Source: Microthyrium microscopicum (taxonomy: Eukaryota). From it: a stretch of 64,000 bases of DNA. Every line of letters starts with the position of its first letter. Within the stretch, counting starts at the first letter, position 1. This document shows positions 25,719-40,005 of the stretch, piece after piece. The stretch is taken from assembly GCA_010405405.1 (NCBI GenBank), contig MU004238.1:1561530-1625529 (forward strand), read 5' to 3'. The position numbers and the translations under genes are program-made. The notes beneath the pieces are model-generated. The model worked only from the letters and a program-made list of their open reading frames with translations, was not told the DNA's origin and did not search any database.

Positions 25719-27403
25719 TTATTTTGCAGAATGGAGCTTTATGTTGACGCCGCCAGCTACTTTATCTACCAATTTCCAATCGCAAGGCAGCCGCGAATCT
25801 GGCAAACCTGATCCATCAATTGAATCAATCTTTTGTAGTAGTCTCACTGTCACATAGGCAACCTCAGCAAGAGCAAATTGTTGTCCAATACATATTCGAG
25901 GGCCAGCGTTGAATGGGAGGTAGTTGAATCCAAATTTGCGTCCCTCCCAGCGTTCTGGATTAAAGCTGTCTGCATCAGGCCCCCAAAGTTCTGGATCGGA
26001 GTGCATTGTCCAAACCTACACGGACCAAATGTCAATACCGAAAACAAGGAGTAGAGAATGTGTGAGCATATGAATCAGAGACTTACCTCCCAAGCAACAA
26101 GGTAACCTTTAGGTACAAACACAGGTGCAGTACCATCAGGGCCACCACCTACAGGCAAGGTTGTGTCTCTGACGGCTTCACGAAAGTTGACCGGAACTGC
26201 AGGGTAGACTCGAAGAACTTCGTTCAAGCACCATTGAAGATAAGTACAGTTCTTGAGCCCGCTGAGCGTAATCTCCTTCGGATGATGGAAGGATCCAAAG
26301 TCTTGTATAATGGTGTCACGAAGCTTCTTGAAGATATGAGGATATTGTGCCAACGAGGCTAGAAGAAAGCCAAGAGTTCCAGAAATGGTGTCGCTGCCTG
26401 CCAGAAGGATGTTCAACAACTGGGAGCGGAGCTCTTGCGGATTGTCCACGTCAGCAACAATAGCATCGAGAACAACATACTTGCCAGATCCTGACTTTTT
26501 GCCAGAGCTGCCATCTTTTAGACGTCGCTGGACATATGTGTCCACGAAGTTATGAACAACTTTACATTGTTGCTTGAACTCGCGATTGTGGATAAGCCAG
26601 TATAGATCGCCGTATAGCATCGATTCCGCCGTCGTCTTCTCTGCTTTGAAGAAAGCATCCACAAACTGCATCATTTCTTTCTTAGAGACCAAAGTACTCG
26701 TATCTGTACTATCATCTCTCTGACTGTATACACTCTCGCCGAAGAGAAACTCTGTGGCAACATCCATTGTAAAGCGTTCCAATAGTGGTTGCATGTCAAA
26801 AGTCGGGGTCCAGTCACCAGACTCTGCAGCATCTGGAAGTGCATCAAGGAGGTTTTGGACATGTCTTTCGAAAAGGTCCAGATTAGCTATCTGTTCACGC
26901 ATAAATTGCGGTTTCAGAAGAGCTCGCGAGTGTTCCCATTTAGCTCCATTCGAAGAAAACTGTCGGGATTAGCTCTGTTTGCACTTCAAAGTTGCGTAGC
27001 GTACAATACCAAGACCCAGAAGGGCCTCGAATGCTCCCACTCTGGGGCCTGGCTGCTGAAAATCCTGAAACTGGGTCGCTAGCACAGCCTGCAGGTTCTT
27101 GGGATCGAAGGTATAATACCATGTCTCTCCTGGTGGGTAGTAGATTCGAAATGTTTTGCAGTCTCGTCCTACTTTCGTGCTCATTTCTTTCTTGCGACTT
27201 GAGAAAGCATATGATAGTTGGTTTGTCTTCATCCCATTCATTTCAATCTTGAAATTCTGCGCGCCAAATACATCCCATGGTCGAAAGAGTGGCGCAGATT
27301 GGCAACCGAGATATCTCGCCTTCACCACATATCTTATCTGTACAGCAACACAGTATATCATGAAAAGTGCTATCGCAGCTGACAAGAGTAGTAACAGACC
27401 CAT
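25719..27403 (-). CDS. Cytochrome P450, CYP52-like (alkane/fatty-acid hydroxylase), multi-exon
   Basis: N-terminal TM; DPKNLQAVLATQFQDF; I-helix LNILLAGSDT; EVLR; REAVRDTTLPVGGGPDG; FNPERW; haem motif FNAGPRICIGQQFAL. Introns near 26950-27003 and 26016-26086. Confidence 0.9.
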
Positions 27404-27939
27404 GCTGAAGAGTGACTGAAGTAGACTGATCGATGTTCTCAGGAGTCAGCACTGATCAATGCGACTTGAATGTATAATGCTCGTTCTCGTGGCCAGACCA
27501 GCGCGAGCTACCTCCAGAGGTATTTCATGAACCTTAGCAAACCCGTAAGCACTAACCAGATCTGGATCACGCCAAGCGTAGGCTTTCAAGTTTCAAAGCA
27601 ACTTTGGTGTTTGACCATGGCGGATCTGATGGTTGAAGCAATCAAGTCCTCAAAGGAGGATGTTTTCAGGTGGCATGAGCAGTTTGGCAATCAATATCAT
27701 GATGGAGTCGAAATGTGGGCTGTATATGGACCCTTCGAGGGGGGTGATAGGTAATGTGGAGTTAGGTGGATGATCAGGCGCTAAGGCTCGAGACGCGGTG
27801 TTTGGCGACCTGAGTTTTGGTTGCCTCATTACCAACTCGCGTTCAAAAACATTGAAAATCAACACTTTTAATACTCTACAAATTCCTTTGCGCCATCTCC
27901 TCCATTACACCCAAATTCGATCAAGCATAGCAGTATGCC

Positions 27940-30900
27940 ATGAACGGAACTCCTCGTCTCCGGTCGGCTTTTCCAACCACTCCTCAACATGTTCCAGGCC
28001 ACCATCGTCCTGCTCGTCCTTCGTCATTAGCAAATGGCATCCGCCGCAAAACCAGTCTCCCTCCCGCTCAAAACTTCGGCGCATCTTCCACATCCCCGGT
28101 GATACCTTTGGACATACTAGATGGCGCGACTCAGCGTAGATTCGCTGTTGGCTTATATCTCGCGTTGTTTGCTTGGAAGTTGTCCGAGTGGTGGACACTA
28201 TACACTTCTGATGATACAGAGTCAGTCTGGCTATTCATGAAATGGATCTTCATAGACGGCCTATATTTGTTTGGGCTGCCCATACTGCGGATACCATGGC
28301 TTGAGTGGTCATCTTCTACGATGACTATTTCATTCTTTGCTCATGCATTTCTCAACCTGGTCCTTATGTTTAAATGGGGACTTCCTCTAGGCGCGTTATT
28401 CGAGTGGAGCATTAAGAAGGTATGGGATCAAGAGATGGCTGTGTCGGAACGGAGAGTCAAAACACAAAGCGTAGTGGATACATCTGCGCTCTTGCAAGGA
28501 AGACACATTATCAACATTCTCCCCGAAGGCTCTGCCATTCTCAACCCCAATTCGGAGATCTTTTGCGTTGGTGGCGATACGATCCATGTCACATTACCCA
28601 TACAAATCAACCAGACACAACCCGTCCTGATGGAATTGCTGCGACGGGATCTTGATGGCGAAGGAGAGGAGATTATAACAATCAAGGCATCTGAAAGCAA
28701 GAAGTTGAGAAAGACAGCTGTTGATGCGTACAAAAAGGCAAAAGGGCAACTTTCTCCAACCGATCCTCTCATTCTACGATACTCAGTTAAAAAGCCAGGG
28801 CAATATACTATCCAGAAGATTGTGGATGAATCGAAACTTGAAGTTCGACCACGTCCCTCAGAGGTTGTTGTAGTCTCCTGTCCATCGGCCAAAGTCATTT
28901 CGGAAAGCGTAGATCGCTGTCGTGGAGACTTGTCAGACATCTCGTTTGCTGTCGAAGGTGCTGCGCCTCTCAAGCTGAAATATCGAAAACTGGTCAGTGG
29001 CAAGACCATAGAAGCCTCGTTTCAAAGCATTCAACCTTCAGGATTTGTAGCTCCACATTCTCGCGGAAAGCAATTGACAACAACAAAAGCTTCGACTCTG
29101 GACATCTCGTGGGCGCAGTCTCAACAAGTAATTGTACCCATCAATGAGACTATGCTAGAACTAGGGACTTACAACTACGTTATTGACGAAGTGCAAGACT
29201 CCCTAGGCAATCGCGTGGTCTACTTCAACCGCCAGGAAGACGACCTTCTGTCAAATTCTAAGCATCCGGAAGTCAGCAAAGCAATGACTGTGTTTGACCG
29301 TCCTGCCATCTGGATTGACCCTCGAGCTGGTTGTAATAGAGAACGACCACTCAAGGTAGCAGCTGGCCAGGAAGTTGATCTTCCTCATGTTCTTGGCTCC
29401 GCAGGTCAGATTAACAATCGCTATACCTTTGCTGAAGAACACACCATCGAATACGTTTTCTACCCGGAATCCAGCTTGGGAGATGAAGATGAATCATCAC
29501 AAGTGTCAAAAGGTGTCTCACGGACCCTTAGAAAGCGCAAAGAATCGGACACCATTACCTTGAAAGAGCCGGGCTTGTACGTCATCAAAGATGTCTTCAC
29601 TAAACATTGTCGCGGAGAGGTTTCGGAGCCATCGTCCTGCCTATTGCAGAATCCTGCAAAGCCAGAAGTCAAGATTACTTCGAGTGAGATTACGCATAGA
29701 TGCGCAAATAGCCCCATTGGACTTCGAATAGGTTTCGATTTCGAGGGAACACCTCCATTCGTCGTACGATATATGGAACAACAGGATGGACGAAATCCAC
29801 GACAGCGAATTGAGAGATTCAAGACACACCGTGGTCAGATTGAAATTCGGCAAGATGATGCTGGACGGTACAAATACACCTTTCAGGAGATTGGCGATGC
29901 CTACTATGAAAGTCAAAAGATTCACGAAGTGCTTGAGCAAGATGTCAAGCCATCTGCATCAGCTCATATTACCGAGGCTTCCAAGGGCAATGTCTGTCTT
30001 GGTCAGTCTGCCAACTTTACTGTCAAGCTTGTTGGTGAGGCGCCTTGGACTCTGGAGTATGAAGTCATTCATGGCAAAACCAAGAAGAAGCATACTATCA
30101 ACGACGTTACAAATCCCGCTTACGAAATACAGCTTGCGGACTTTGCCGATGGTGGAGAGTATACACTCTCTTTGACTAGTGTCACCGACGCCTCGAAATG
30201 TAAAGAAACCCTCAAGGATGCCACCAGCTCCTTCAATGTTTGGAGTCAACGCCCCACTGCAGCATTTGGCAAGATTAATGGCAAGCGTTCTGCTAGTATG
30301 TTGGAAGGCAAGGCAATCAAATTACCAGTACAGTTCACCGGCCAAGGTAGCTTCAGTTACCAGGTCGTCCAAGTAGAAGGCGACAAAGCTGAAGTTCGAA
30401 CTGGTCAACCTGCATCCACTACATTCGATGTCACAACGGATGGTACTTATGTGCTCAACGCCATGTCTGATCAATACTGCTTTGGGGATGTCGACCCAAA
30501 TGCCGACAAATTCATAGTCTCTTGGATCCCTCGACCTGCGCTTTCCATTGCACAAAGCCCTGTCATCACCGAAAAATCTGGCAGATTTGACAAGCAAGAT
30601 GTATGCGAGGGTGAAGAAGACAACGCTGATATTGTTCTTGAAGGTAAGCAGGGCCTTGTTCATTTCTTTTCTTAGATACTAATATTTTCAGGTGCTCCTC
30701 CTTTCGACATCACATACGAGAAACATGCGAAGCCTGATGACAGTTCCAAGTTCATGAAACGATATCAAATCAGTTCGCCATTTGGACTCGCTTCTATTCC
30801 AATGGATACTGCCAAGGCTGGTACCTACGAGTATCGCTTCCTGGAGTTGTCGGACAGCAATTATGATCCCTTGAAATCGAGCAAACCTATCACGGTGCTG

Positions 30901-31809
30901 AATCACCGAGTTCGATCGCGTCCAAAAGCAACATTCACCAACCCCGGAACAGTATACAACTTCTGTACTACGTCAAGCCCCAATGATGAATCGATTCCCA
31001 TCAAGCTTACAGGTACTCCACCTTTCAGTATTGACCTTGATATTCGTCATACTGGTAGTGCCTCTCCTGAGTCTATGACTCTCGAGAAAATAGAATCGAA
31101 TACTTACGACCTCAAACTTCCACGACATTACCTGAAGTCTGGAGTTTCTAACCTGTCCATCCGTCGCGTACGAGATGCATTTGGGTGCCAGAGCAAGGTC
31201 GACACAACTGCACCACCTTCTCGAGTCCACGTCTCTGTTCACGAGCCACCAAATATCACCCCTATAGAAAAGGCGGAAGATTATTGTGTAGGCGAACGCA
31301 TTTCCTTCAGACTCACAGGTGTCCCACCATTCACAGTTCATTACACTTTCGGAGGTGAAAAGCGCAAAGCGTCCGAAAAGACTACTGAATTCACCCGCTT
31401 CAATGCTGATGCTGGCACTTTTGTCATCACTTCCATCTCCGATGCCAGCAGCAAATGCCAATTCACAACGCATCTTCAAAAAGTCATTCATCCTCTTCCT
31501 GGTGTCAAGATAAGCTCGGGTCGCGAAACACATGTCGACATTCACGAGGGCGGTGAAAGCGACGTAGTGTTTGAACTCATTGGCACTCCTCCTTTCGAAC
31601 TCACATATACTCGCTCGGAGTATACCAAAAAGGGTCGAAAGGGTCTCGTTCTTGAGACCAAGACAGAACGCACCGAAGAGCGCACTCTTCGCGCCAAGGA
31701 GTCGGAAGGCGGCGAGTATGAGCCAGTGGCAGTACGGGATAAATGGTGTTTGACGGACAAGAGCTCTGGTGCACGAGCGGCGCGTAAGGGGCAGAAGCTG
31801 TTGCAGTGA
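27940..31809 (+). CDS. POM152: Nuclear pore membrane protein Pom152
   Basis: MNGTPRLRSAFP start, TM region (LPILRIPWLE), GRHIINILPEGSA, repeated Ig-like G(T/A)PPF modules. Intron about 30644-30691 joins the two ORFs. Confidence 0.92.
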
Positions 31810-32134
31810 AAGGTAGTAGGATAGTTTGATTTTTCACGGGCGTTTGATACCACTGCTGAGAGCGTTTTTCGTTCAGTTAGGACCGGATAGGTATTTGTTG
31901 CATTGGGAATGGAGTTTTTCATGTTGTTCAGTCATACGAAATTGGATCTGTGTCATTCAAAGCGAAATATTGCGTTGGTAAACGTTCTTAATATAAGTTA
32001 TCGTGTATCTGATATTCAACTACAAATCTTTCAAGAAGCTATTCACATCACTCGTAATCAACTCCCTCTTTCATTACCGCATCGTCCATTCCCTACTCTA
32101 GAGAACCATTTCTACACGCATCCTTCCCCTTTAA

Positions 32135-34024
32135 CTATCTCGATAACGTCTGGTCTCTCAAGAACTCCTTGACCTGCTCATCGCTAATCTTCTCTGCTCC
32201 CTCTTTACCACTCGTCTGCACGCCCTCTACACCCGTATCCTTCCTCGCCTGCCCCACCGTCGCCGTCTCCACCACCGCAGCCCGATCTCCTCCACCCAGC
32301 TCAACGACATGGGGCGTCCCCTCTACCATCGCACCCTCCGCGGCCGTTCCCTCTTGTGCCACAACCTTCCCATCAGACGTACCCTCACGCGGCTGCGCAC
32401 CAGAAGCCGGTAACGCGACCGCCGCTGAATGATCTCCCTCCGCTGGCACACCACGCATCGGCAACGCAATCTGTCCCGCCGCCGCATCAGCCGGCGTCTG
32501 CGTGCCACTCTTCACCAACTCATGTCCATAATCCGGATCGCCTTCACCGGGCTGTGTCGCGCTACCATCCGTTGGCGCCACAGTCTCAGTCTTCCAGTCA
32601 ATGGCGGTATTAACGCGTGATATGCCGTGAAGACTGGTAAAGTCACTTTTCGTACTAGCCACAAGTTTTGAGCGCGGAGTGCCGTCGATTCGACCAACTG
32701 CTGTCGCTTCCAGAGTACCGGTGGAGGACTCGCGCCACTTGATGGGGCCGATGGGGAATGTTGGTGGGGTGGGTGTGTCGGATGGCCAGGAGAGGGCGGA
32801 GATGATGGCTGGGTCGAGATGGGGCATGGAGCCGAAGGTGAAGTCGAGGGACCCGCCGTATTTGGTGGGGATGTGTTCGGGGTCGATGTATTTGGAGAGG
32901 GTGGGGAACATTTCGCGCTCGGAGAGGATAAAGATTTTTGATACTGTGTGAGGTTAGCATGGTTCGGATATGGGAATTCAGACATTGTGTTGAGCTTATG
33001 GTACGTGATAGCGATTGGTAGATCAAAGAGTTTGGAGGGCAATGGATTTTCTGTATGACGGGAGACTTACCGGTTATCGGGTCGAACCAGCGCTTGATCC
33101 ATGCCCAGACAGTTGGAAAGAATGACGGTGCTCCGATAATCTGGTTCCGTTAGTACGGGGTCATGATAAATACCTTCAGAAATCCTTACGAAAATACGGT
33201 CAAGAGTTTCCGGATAATGCGCTGTTGCCAATGTACTAGCATCTTGCATATGCGTCTTGAGGTTCCAGAATTGACGAAGTCCTACGCCTGATATGTCGAC
33301 GATGTTGTTGGACTGAGAGACTGGTGTTTCCGGATGTGGACGACCAGGAACAGCAGAGCAGAGAGGAAAGACGAAGCGAGTTAGATTCTCATATAAAGCA
33401 AATAGTCGCATCATGTTAGGAGCAACTTTGCTTTTAGGATTGATGGGTGGCGATTTGTCTTTCTTCATTGACTTTTCGTATGCTGAGATATTCGAAGAAC
33501 TGAGATGGGCTACTTCGAAAACGTAAACAGGTATTCCACGTTTGTCTCTTCTTCCTGTCCATTGTGGATACTTTGACTTGTTAGTATCCGATTATATGGA
33601 AGCAAAATCACTCACAAGCCTTCGGGCGGCTTCAAAGTCGTTGATGTCTATTTGGTCGTAGTATTGCTCAAGCTGATTTTCCTTTCGCCAGTCTTCTGTA
33701 TCTTTGAATTGCTCAAAAGCGCCTTCAGTTTCAAACTTTCTCGCTCGCAGGTATCGTCTGCATAAAAATTAGTCGTCTTTCGTCATATCGCGATATCTTC
33801 TGCGGGGAATCGCAAAAAGCAAAAACATACAAGAGTGTCTCATCATCGTGACTGGCATATTTCTTGCCATCCTTCCCCGCAGGATGATAATATCCACGCT
33901 CTTGACATATAGCCTTGAACTTATCCAAAGACTCTTGCTGGGAGTTTGTCAAATGTCCCAAGTGAGCAGAGGGGTACTGAAAAGAGTCAACTTTGGTGAG
34001 TGGTTCAGTCGACATGGCTGCCAT
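32135..34024 (-). CDS. CRAL-TRIO/Sec14-like lipid-binding protein, multi-exon
   Basis: HLGHLT..DDETLL|RYLRARKF, NIVDISGVGLRQFWNLK, ATAHYPETLDRIF, IDPEHIPTKYGG; low-complexity C-terminal extension. Confidence 0.88.
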
Positions 34025-35116
34025 AATCCTCGCAAACAGCCCGAACTGGAGTGCTATATGCAGAAAATAAAGCAAGGAAGTTGAAAAATAAGGGATGTAG
34101 CTTGTTGATCGTTTTCCCCAACATAAATAGACAATGACGGAAGCGGTCAAGACTCAATCGGATACAGCCGGAGGTGGCTAGGATTGATTCCAGACACACG
34201 AGCATAAAATAAGGCCGATTCGGCGCCGGAAGAAGGGAGGCGCCAATCAACACAGTATCCGCCATGACGATGCGTGATTGCCTAGATTATGCTCATGGTC
34301 AGGAGTTACATTCAGTATAACTATTTCCATCTCTTAATAATATCACCTGCCAAAGATGAGTAGGAACCCGGCTCGATATCTGTTTTTATGCAGTGCATGG
34401 CAGGTGGTCCGAATTGAGGCTGACCAATTGATATATCTGGTTCTAAGAAGACCTATTGTAAGATCTGCTTATAAACAGTTCTGGTATAGTCTCATGAAAC
34501 AGAAAAGGATACCTTATGTCAGACTCTGAGACAAGAACTGTAGAGTAACATAGGTTCAAGAGCTATCGAGATTACATTGATGTACCTACAACCGCTTTTT
34601 TATGTTCTATCTCGACTATGTGCCTTTGACTGCAAATCAGTACATGTTTACGGGCACATATAAGTAAATAGTGCAAGACATACAGCACATATCAGTGACA
34701 AGAGATATCTATGCCAATTTGCGTCTTGGTACTGTACTCCTTGCAGTCATTTTGATTTGTTACCTTGACATATCTCGCACATGATTAAGTAGCAAAGAAA
34801 CACTGCTTCCACATTGACGGGGCCCAGATATGAAAAGAGATAGAACCGTGTATAAAATAGAGTAGGTATTCACTTTGAGGTTGATAGAAAGAGGCCATCA
34901 TCATCATCATTGAGGCTGGAGGGCAATCACCAGCCACATTGAAACTTCCCTTCTTGCCTCCACCACCACGAACGTCACTATCAACTTTGGTACTCTACAT
35001 ACACTTGCATCATCGATTGCCTGCCACTCCACACCATTTTTCTGTGTATGAGCTTCCAAGACACTTTACATTCGTCCACCATCTTCCTCCTCGTACTCCG
35101 CAATCGCCAACAGAAT

Positions 35117-36924
35117 ATGGACAACGCATCATTCTCATCACTCCCAAGCGAGCTGATTGTCCGCATCCTATCATTTCTTCAAGTTTCCAAAGATGTCCTG
35201 AATGCAAGTCTAACTGCGCGAGAAATATACTCATGCGCCCAAGAAAATGAAGTCTGGAAAAATGTAATTGAAAGATGGGCTTATTCAAAACCCCTCACTT
35301 CTGCTGTTAAGAACTGGAAGGCATATTACATCAGTCGCCACAGACTTGATCTTCACATTGACGACACAGTCAACAAGCTCATATATCGCCCAGAGCCACC
35401 CAACAATGCGCGGATACCTAGGTTTCGCGAAATCCCTGAATGGGACCTCGATTGTAAAGACCGCCTGCTGCAGCATATCAACTCGCCAAAGGAGGGTGAA
35501 GATTTCCTCGCTAGAAAATTCTGGGCCGGCACTCTTCTCAAAACTCTTCATCATCGTCTGGCTTTGCAGCAGTGGCAAAAGTTAATAGCGGGAGAAGACA
35601 CTTCCTTAGAACGAGCGCTGGCAGCATTTGATGTGTTCATTGAAGAAGGCGATGGAGTCGACTTTGATTATGTCTCCAACAAACTGGACCAAATGGCTCT
35701 TGTGTTCAAGCGGGACTGGTCGGATTACGATTCGCTGTCCACGAGAGGAAAAGCATTACTTTTGGCGCATTACATGCTCCAATACCAAGGCTTCAGCGAG
35801 ACAACATCAGGATCATCTCAATCCTACTACAATATACGCAACAATTTCATTGGCAAATGCTTAAAAAGCCCAACCAAGGCAGGAATGCCTCTGATCTATG
35901 TTGCGATATACTGCGCTCTTGCACAACGACTTGGATTAGATGCTAGACCGATAAACTTTCCTGGACACGTCTACATAGTCATCTATCCTCCAGAAGGCGT
36001 AGATCTTGACGATATTAGCAGAGCTCCTAACCAACCAGCAGACTGCATGTATCTCAATGTGCACTCCATCGAGACTCTGGAAGTCAAGGAGACAACACTA
36101 CGGCAAACACTCGCCGCAAATGATCCACCCATCCTTGGACGTGAACAGGAAAGATTTCTGCAACCAGCCGACACCCTGACAATGATCAGCCGGACCCGTC
36201 GCAACATCATGACATGTCTTCATCGGCTTGCGCGTCACCCTACCGAGCTAGGTTTTCACCAAACACAAGGCGAAGAACTCGTCTACCAGTTTCTTTGGAT
36301 CAACATGATTTTCGATAACGACGACATCAACGTCTGGGAACGTCGCCACACCCACGTAGGCTATCTTCGAGAACGAGTAGAGAACATGCACATTGGCGAC
36401 TGGTACCTCTTCCAAGATATTGTTCTACCCGTCTTTCGCGACCAGCCAGAGCACGACGCACTACAAAGCAGTATACATAATGCACGCTTGCGAGAGGCTG
36501 ATGTGGGTGCGCCAAAGTTTCGTACTCCCACTCTACGTAAGAGGGTTAAGTATGACATTGGCAACGTCTTCCATCACAAAAAATATCATTACACGGGCAT
36601 GATTATTGGGTGGGATCCTTCTTGCAAGGCCCCGTCTGAATGGCAGACTCAGCATAGGATTGAAGATCTATCTGGAGGCGGGGACCAGTGCTTTTACAAT
36701 ATTGTGTAAGTTGGACTGATTGAGCTATTGGCTTGTGGCTAATTGCGTCTAGCTCGGATGATGGAATTGAGAGATATGTCGCTCAAGAGAATATGCGCAT
36801 GTTTCATGGGACGGAGTCGCCGGGTGAAGCGCTGATGAGACTGGCTGGACGATATTTCCTTCGTTGGGATGAAGAGAATCGGGCCTTTGTGAGCAACTTG
36901 AAGGAAGAGTATCCCGACGATTAG
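35117..36924 (+). CDS. F-box protein with transglutaminase-like core and YccV/HspQ-like domain (FBXO21-like)
   Basis: F-box FSSLPSELIVRILSFL; GMPLIYVAIYCALAQRLGLDARPINFPGHV; KYDIGNVFHHKKYHYTGMIIGWD..FYNIV|SDDGIERYVAQEN..AGRYFLRWD. Intron 36706-36752. Confidence 0.85.
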
Positions 36925-37104
36925 CCGTATACCAGTGCTGTTCGAAAATATAACCGTATTGATATAATGTTGAAGTTTCGTGTGAGCTCCTTCAGCTTTT
37001 CGCGGTGAACAGCCCTCCAAGCTGTAGTCCGAATGTCTTGCGGTGCCAAAAGGTGCGTTTTCAATGGCGCTATCGTGAAAATGCTCACAACAACCATAAT
37101 CCTT

Positions 37105-37860
37105 TCATCGATGCGGATGCTCCGCGGCATCATGCGTCTGCTTACACGCCAAACAGCACACGTACGATCCGCAAATCGTACACTTCATCTTGCCCCAGTA
37201 CCCACACATATCGCAAAACTTGCGCACCGGCGCTCCTGACGCTCTCTCCTTTGCGCGCGCACCAGTATAGCTCAACGCCGGCGCATTGATCAACTTATCC
37301 ATCGCCTCTTGTCCTGGCATACCAGGAACCCGCATCTTCACCAACTCCCTTTCCTCCTTCGTCAATCCTTCCCTCCCCTCCTCTTCTACCACCACATCCT
37401 CCACATCCCCCATACCAACATCCTCCTCCCTCCCACCCTCGCCCAACGCCGCCGCCACATCAGCCGCATGATGCGCCCACGTCTTCTCACTCTGCACCAC
37501 CCTCCTCACATTCGCCGTAATCTTCCTTCCCCCTTCCCCACCCTTAGCCCCCGTACGTTTCCACGCCGCGTCCGCAATAACCTTCTTCACCTTCTCCGGC
37601 AACACCACCTCCTGCTTGCCCGCATTATCCCTCGCAATCTCATCAAGCCGTGCCGAAAGTTTCGACGCTTGCGTCTTGGAGTGTGCGCCGGCTAGAATGT
37701 CTGCGGCGGAGCGGGCGGCGGCGCGCTTGGTGGTGGTGGTGCGCGCGGAGGAGGGGATGATGGCTTGTCGCGAGGGGTCGATGGCGGGCTCGAGGACGTA
37801 GGCCCAGCCGGGGGCTGCGGCGGTGGGTTTTGTGGTGGGGAGGATTTGGATTTGTGGCAT
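37105..37860 (-). CDS. VPS71: HIT-type zinc-finger protein, SWR1 subunit Vps71/Swc6
   Basis: N-terminal APGWAYV; LSYTGARA; PVRKFCDMCGYWGKMKCTICGSYVCCLACKQTH. Confidence 0.85.
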   Translation of the reverse strand: MPQIQILPTTKPTAAAPGWAYVLEPAIDPSRQAIIPSSARTTTTKRAAARSAADILAGAHSKTQASKLSARLDEIARDNAGKQEVVLPEKVKKVIADAAWKRTGAKGGEGGRKITANVRRVVQSEKTWAHHAADVAAALGEGGREEDVGMGDVEDVVVEEEGREGLTKEERELVKMRVPGMPGQEAMDKLINAPALSYTGARAKERASGAPVRKFCDMCGYWGKMKCTICGSYVCCLACKQTHDAAEHPHR

Positions 37861-38350
37861 TGTTTGTTTTTAGGATTGAGGATGGGGAATGGAGTTCGAT
37901 CCTTGAAGTGTTGATGGAGAACTAGAGCGGAGATTGATTAGATGGAGGTTTTTAAGTCCGTGATGGCTGGGAAAAATCATTGATGGTGGGGATGGTGGTT
38001 GGCAGGCACGACGGGAAGGCCAAGATGGGCTTTGAGACGGCTTGACTTTTCTTGACTTCTTGACTCTTTGGTCTTGACTTTACTTCATTCTTGTCTATAT
38101 TTGATATCTTCTACTTCTTTGCACATATCTGTTGATTCCTTGTCATTGTAACGACTCGCGCGCAAAAGATTTCTAGTCTCTACCAGGAAGCTCGCCAGCC
38201 GGATGATTCGGAAGCTCCAAAAGGTCCATTAATCGGAAAGCTTCGCTAACCGTGACTGAACTACTTGAGTTATTTCTCCCCTCGAATACATCAATTGACA
38301 GTTCGCTCGCGTCAGTCTCTGGGCCCTCGAGGCTCCTCGATCACAACAGA

Positions 38351-40005
38351 ATGGGACTCATCAACGTTCGAGATCTACTCGCCTTCCCAAATGGCGACAA
38401 CTCCACAGATACCGTCATTCGAGGCGCACATTTCAACTTGACGACACTCAAGTTTTTCAACTACACTCTATATTCCAACAATACGCTATCGAATAACTCT
38501 AATTGCTGGCTCATCTTGGACAACTATACACCCACTGCCCTCTACTCCAATGGCTCCTTCGTCAACGGCACATCATGCTACTCGCCCGTACTCCCTCTCG
38601 AGACTCGCGGTCGGCTCGGTGCCATATTCGGGGCCTTGTTCGGCATCAGTATAATGTTCACGCTTATAAACTTGAAAATGCATGGGCAACAATTCCTTCG
38701 CGAGGATAAGAGGTTCAGATTGGTCGGTCGGAGATGGCAGTGGTACTGGATGATCTTTATCGGCGCATGTGGAATGATAAGTTGCATAACTGGCATTGAT
38801 GTGGATCGAGATTATCTTCAAGATCTTGCTATAATATTGCAGAGTTTCTTCTACATGTGCATGGGACAATCCGCGGTTGCAGCTGTCTGGGAAGGAGTAA
38901 GACATTGGGGCAGTTGGCAGGAACGACAAATCGTGGACCGTGATCCTTTTTCATTGCCGCAAGATGATAAGAGAGGTCAAATTGAGTTTTACATGCCTCT
39001 GGTGTTTTACTTGTTTGATTTTATGGTAAGTCTCATGACATTGCTGATAGAATTCTTGCTAACACCCAACAGAGCTTCTTCCTCACAGCTCCACGATCAT
39101 GGACCAAGATCCCCAAACAAGGCGGCATCCAACAACAAACTACCGTCGCTGGCGTCGCTGCCACTGACGGCCGCTTCAAAGCCGGCGCCATCTTCCTCGG
39201 CCTTGCCTGGCTCGTCATCCTCTATTGTGTCAAGCACAACATTGCATACTACCGCTTACGCGCCCACCCCTCCCATGCTATGGAAAAACGCATGCTCAAC
39301 CCATTCACTGTCATCGGTGCCATCCGCTACTTACCACTGCGATTCATCCTCGCCATTCCTATCATAGCCGTACTCATCGGCTACAACAACGCCATGGCCT
39401 GGAACTTCAACATCAGCGTTATGAAGTACAACGTCGCTGTCGAGTGGCCTTACGCCCTCGGCTATGGGCCACCTCTACTTGTACTATTCATCTTCAATAT
39501 CTTCGGCTTCCTTGAGAGAAATGAGGACAAACAACTCATGCGGCAACGGGTAGACCGTGATCGTCGCGCAGATGAGTCATTGGGATATACGAAGAAACCT
39601 ACCTGGTGGAGCAAGGCGAGAGGCGATCACCATCTAGACGACATGTCACGTTTGCAGGATATGGTAGCTGACGAGGGCATCACGAGTACAGGTCCAAAGC
39701 GTGGTGGTGGGTATCAGGATGTGGAGCTCAAGGAGATGGGTGGACGACCACCGAATCCGCATCGGTCAACGTCCACGGCACGATTGACGGATGATGACGG
39801 CTTGCGCACGCGCAGTCCCGCCAGGGGACGGAACACGTCGTCTGTACGGACGGGCTCGTCTATGCTCTCGCCGGAGGCGGGAAGGCCACCGTGGCAGACT
39901 GATAGGTCGAATAGTCCGGGTGGGAACAGTATACTGACGACTGCGACGGGCACAACGCTGGCGGGTGAGAGGCAGCAGACAGTGAAGAGCATGCTGGATA
40001 TCTGA
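38351..40005 (+). CDS. Conserved fungal multi-pass membrane protein (DUF2434-like)
   Basis: HFNLTTL..NYTLYSNNTLSN, RLVGRRWQWYW, WEGVRHWGSWQERQ; intron about 39025-39073; several TM helices. Confidence 0.75.
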
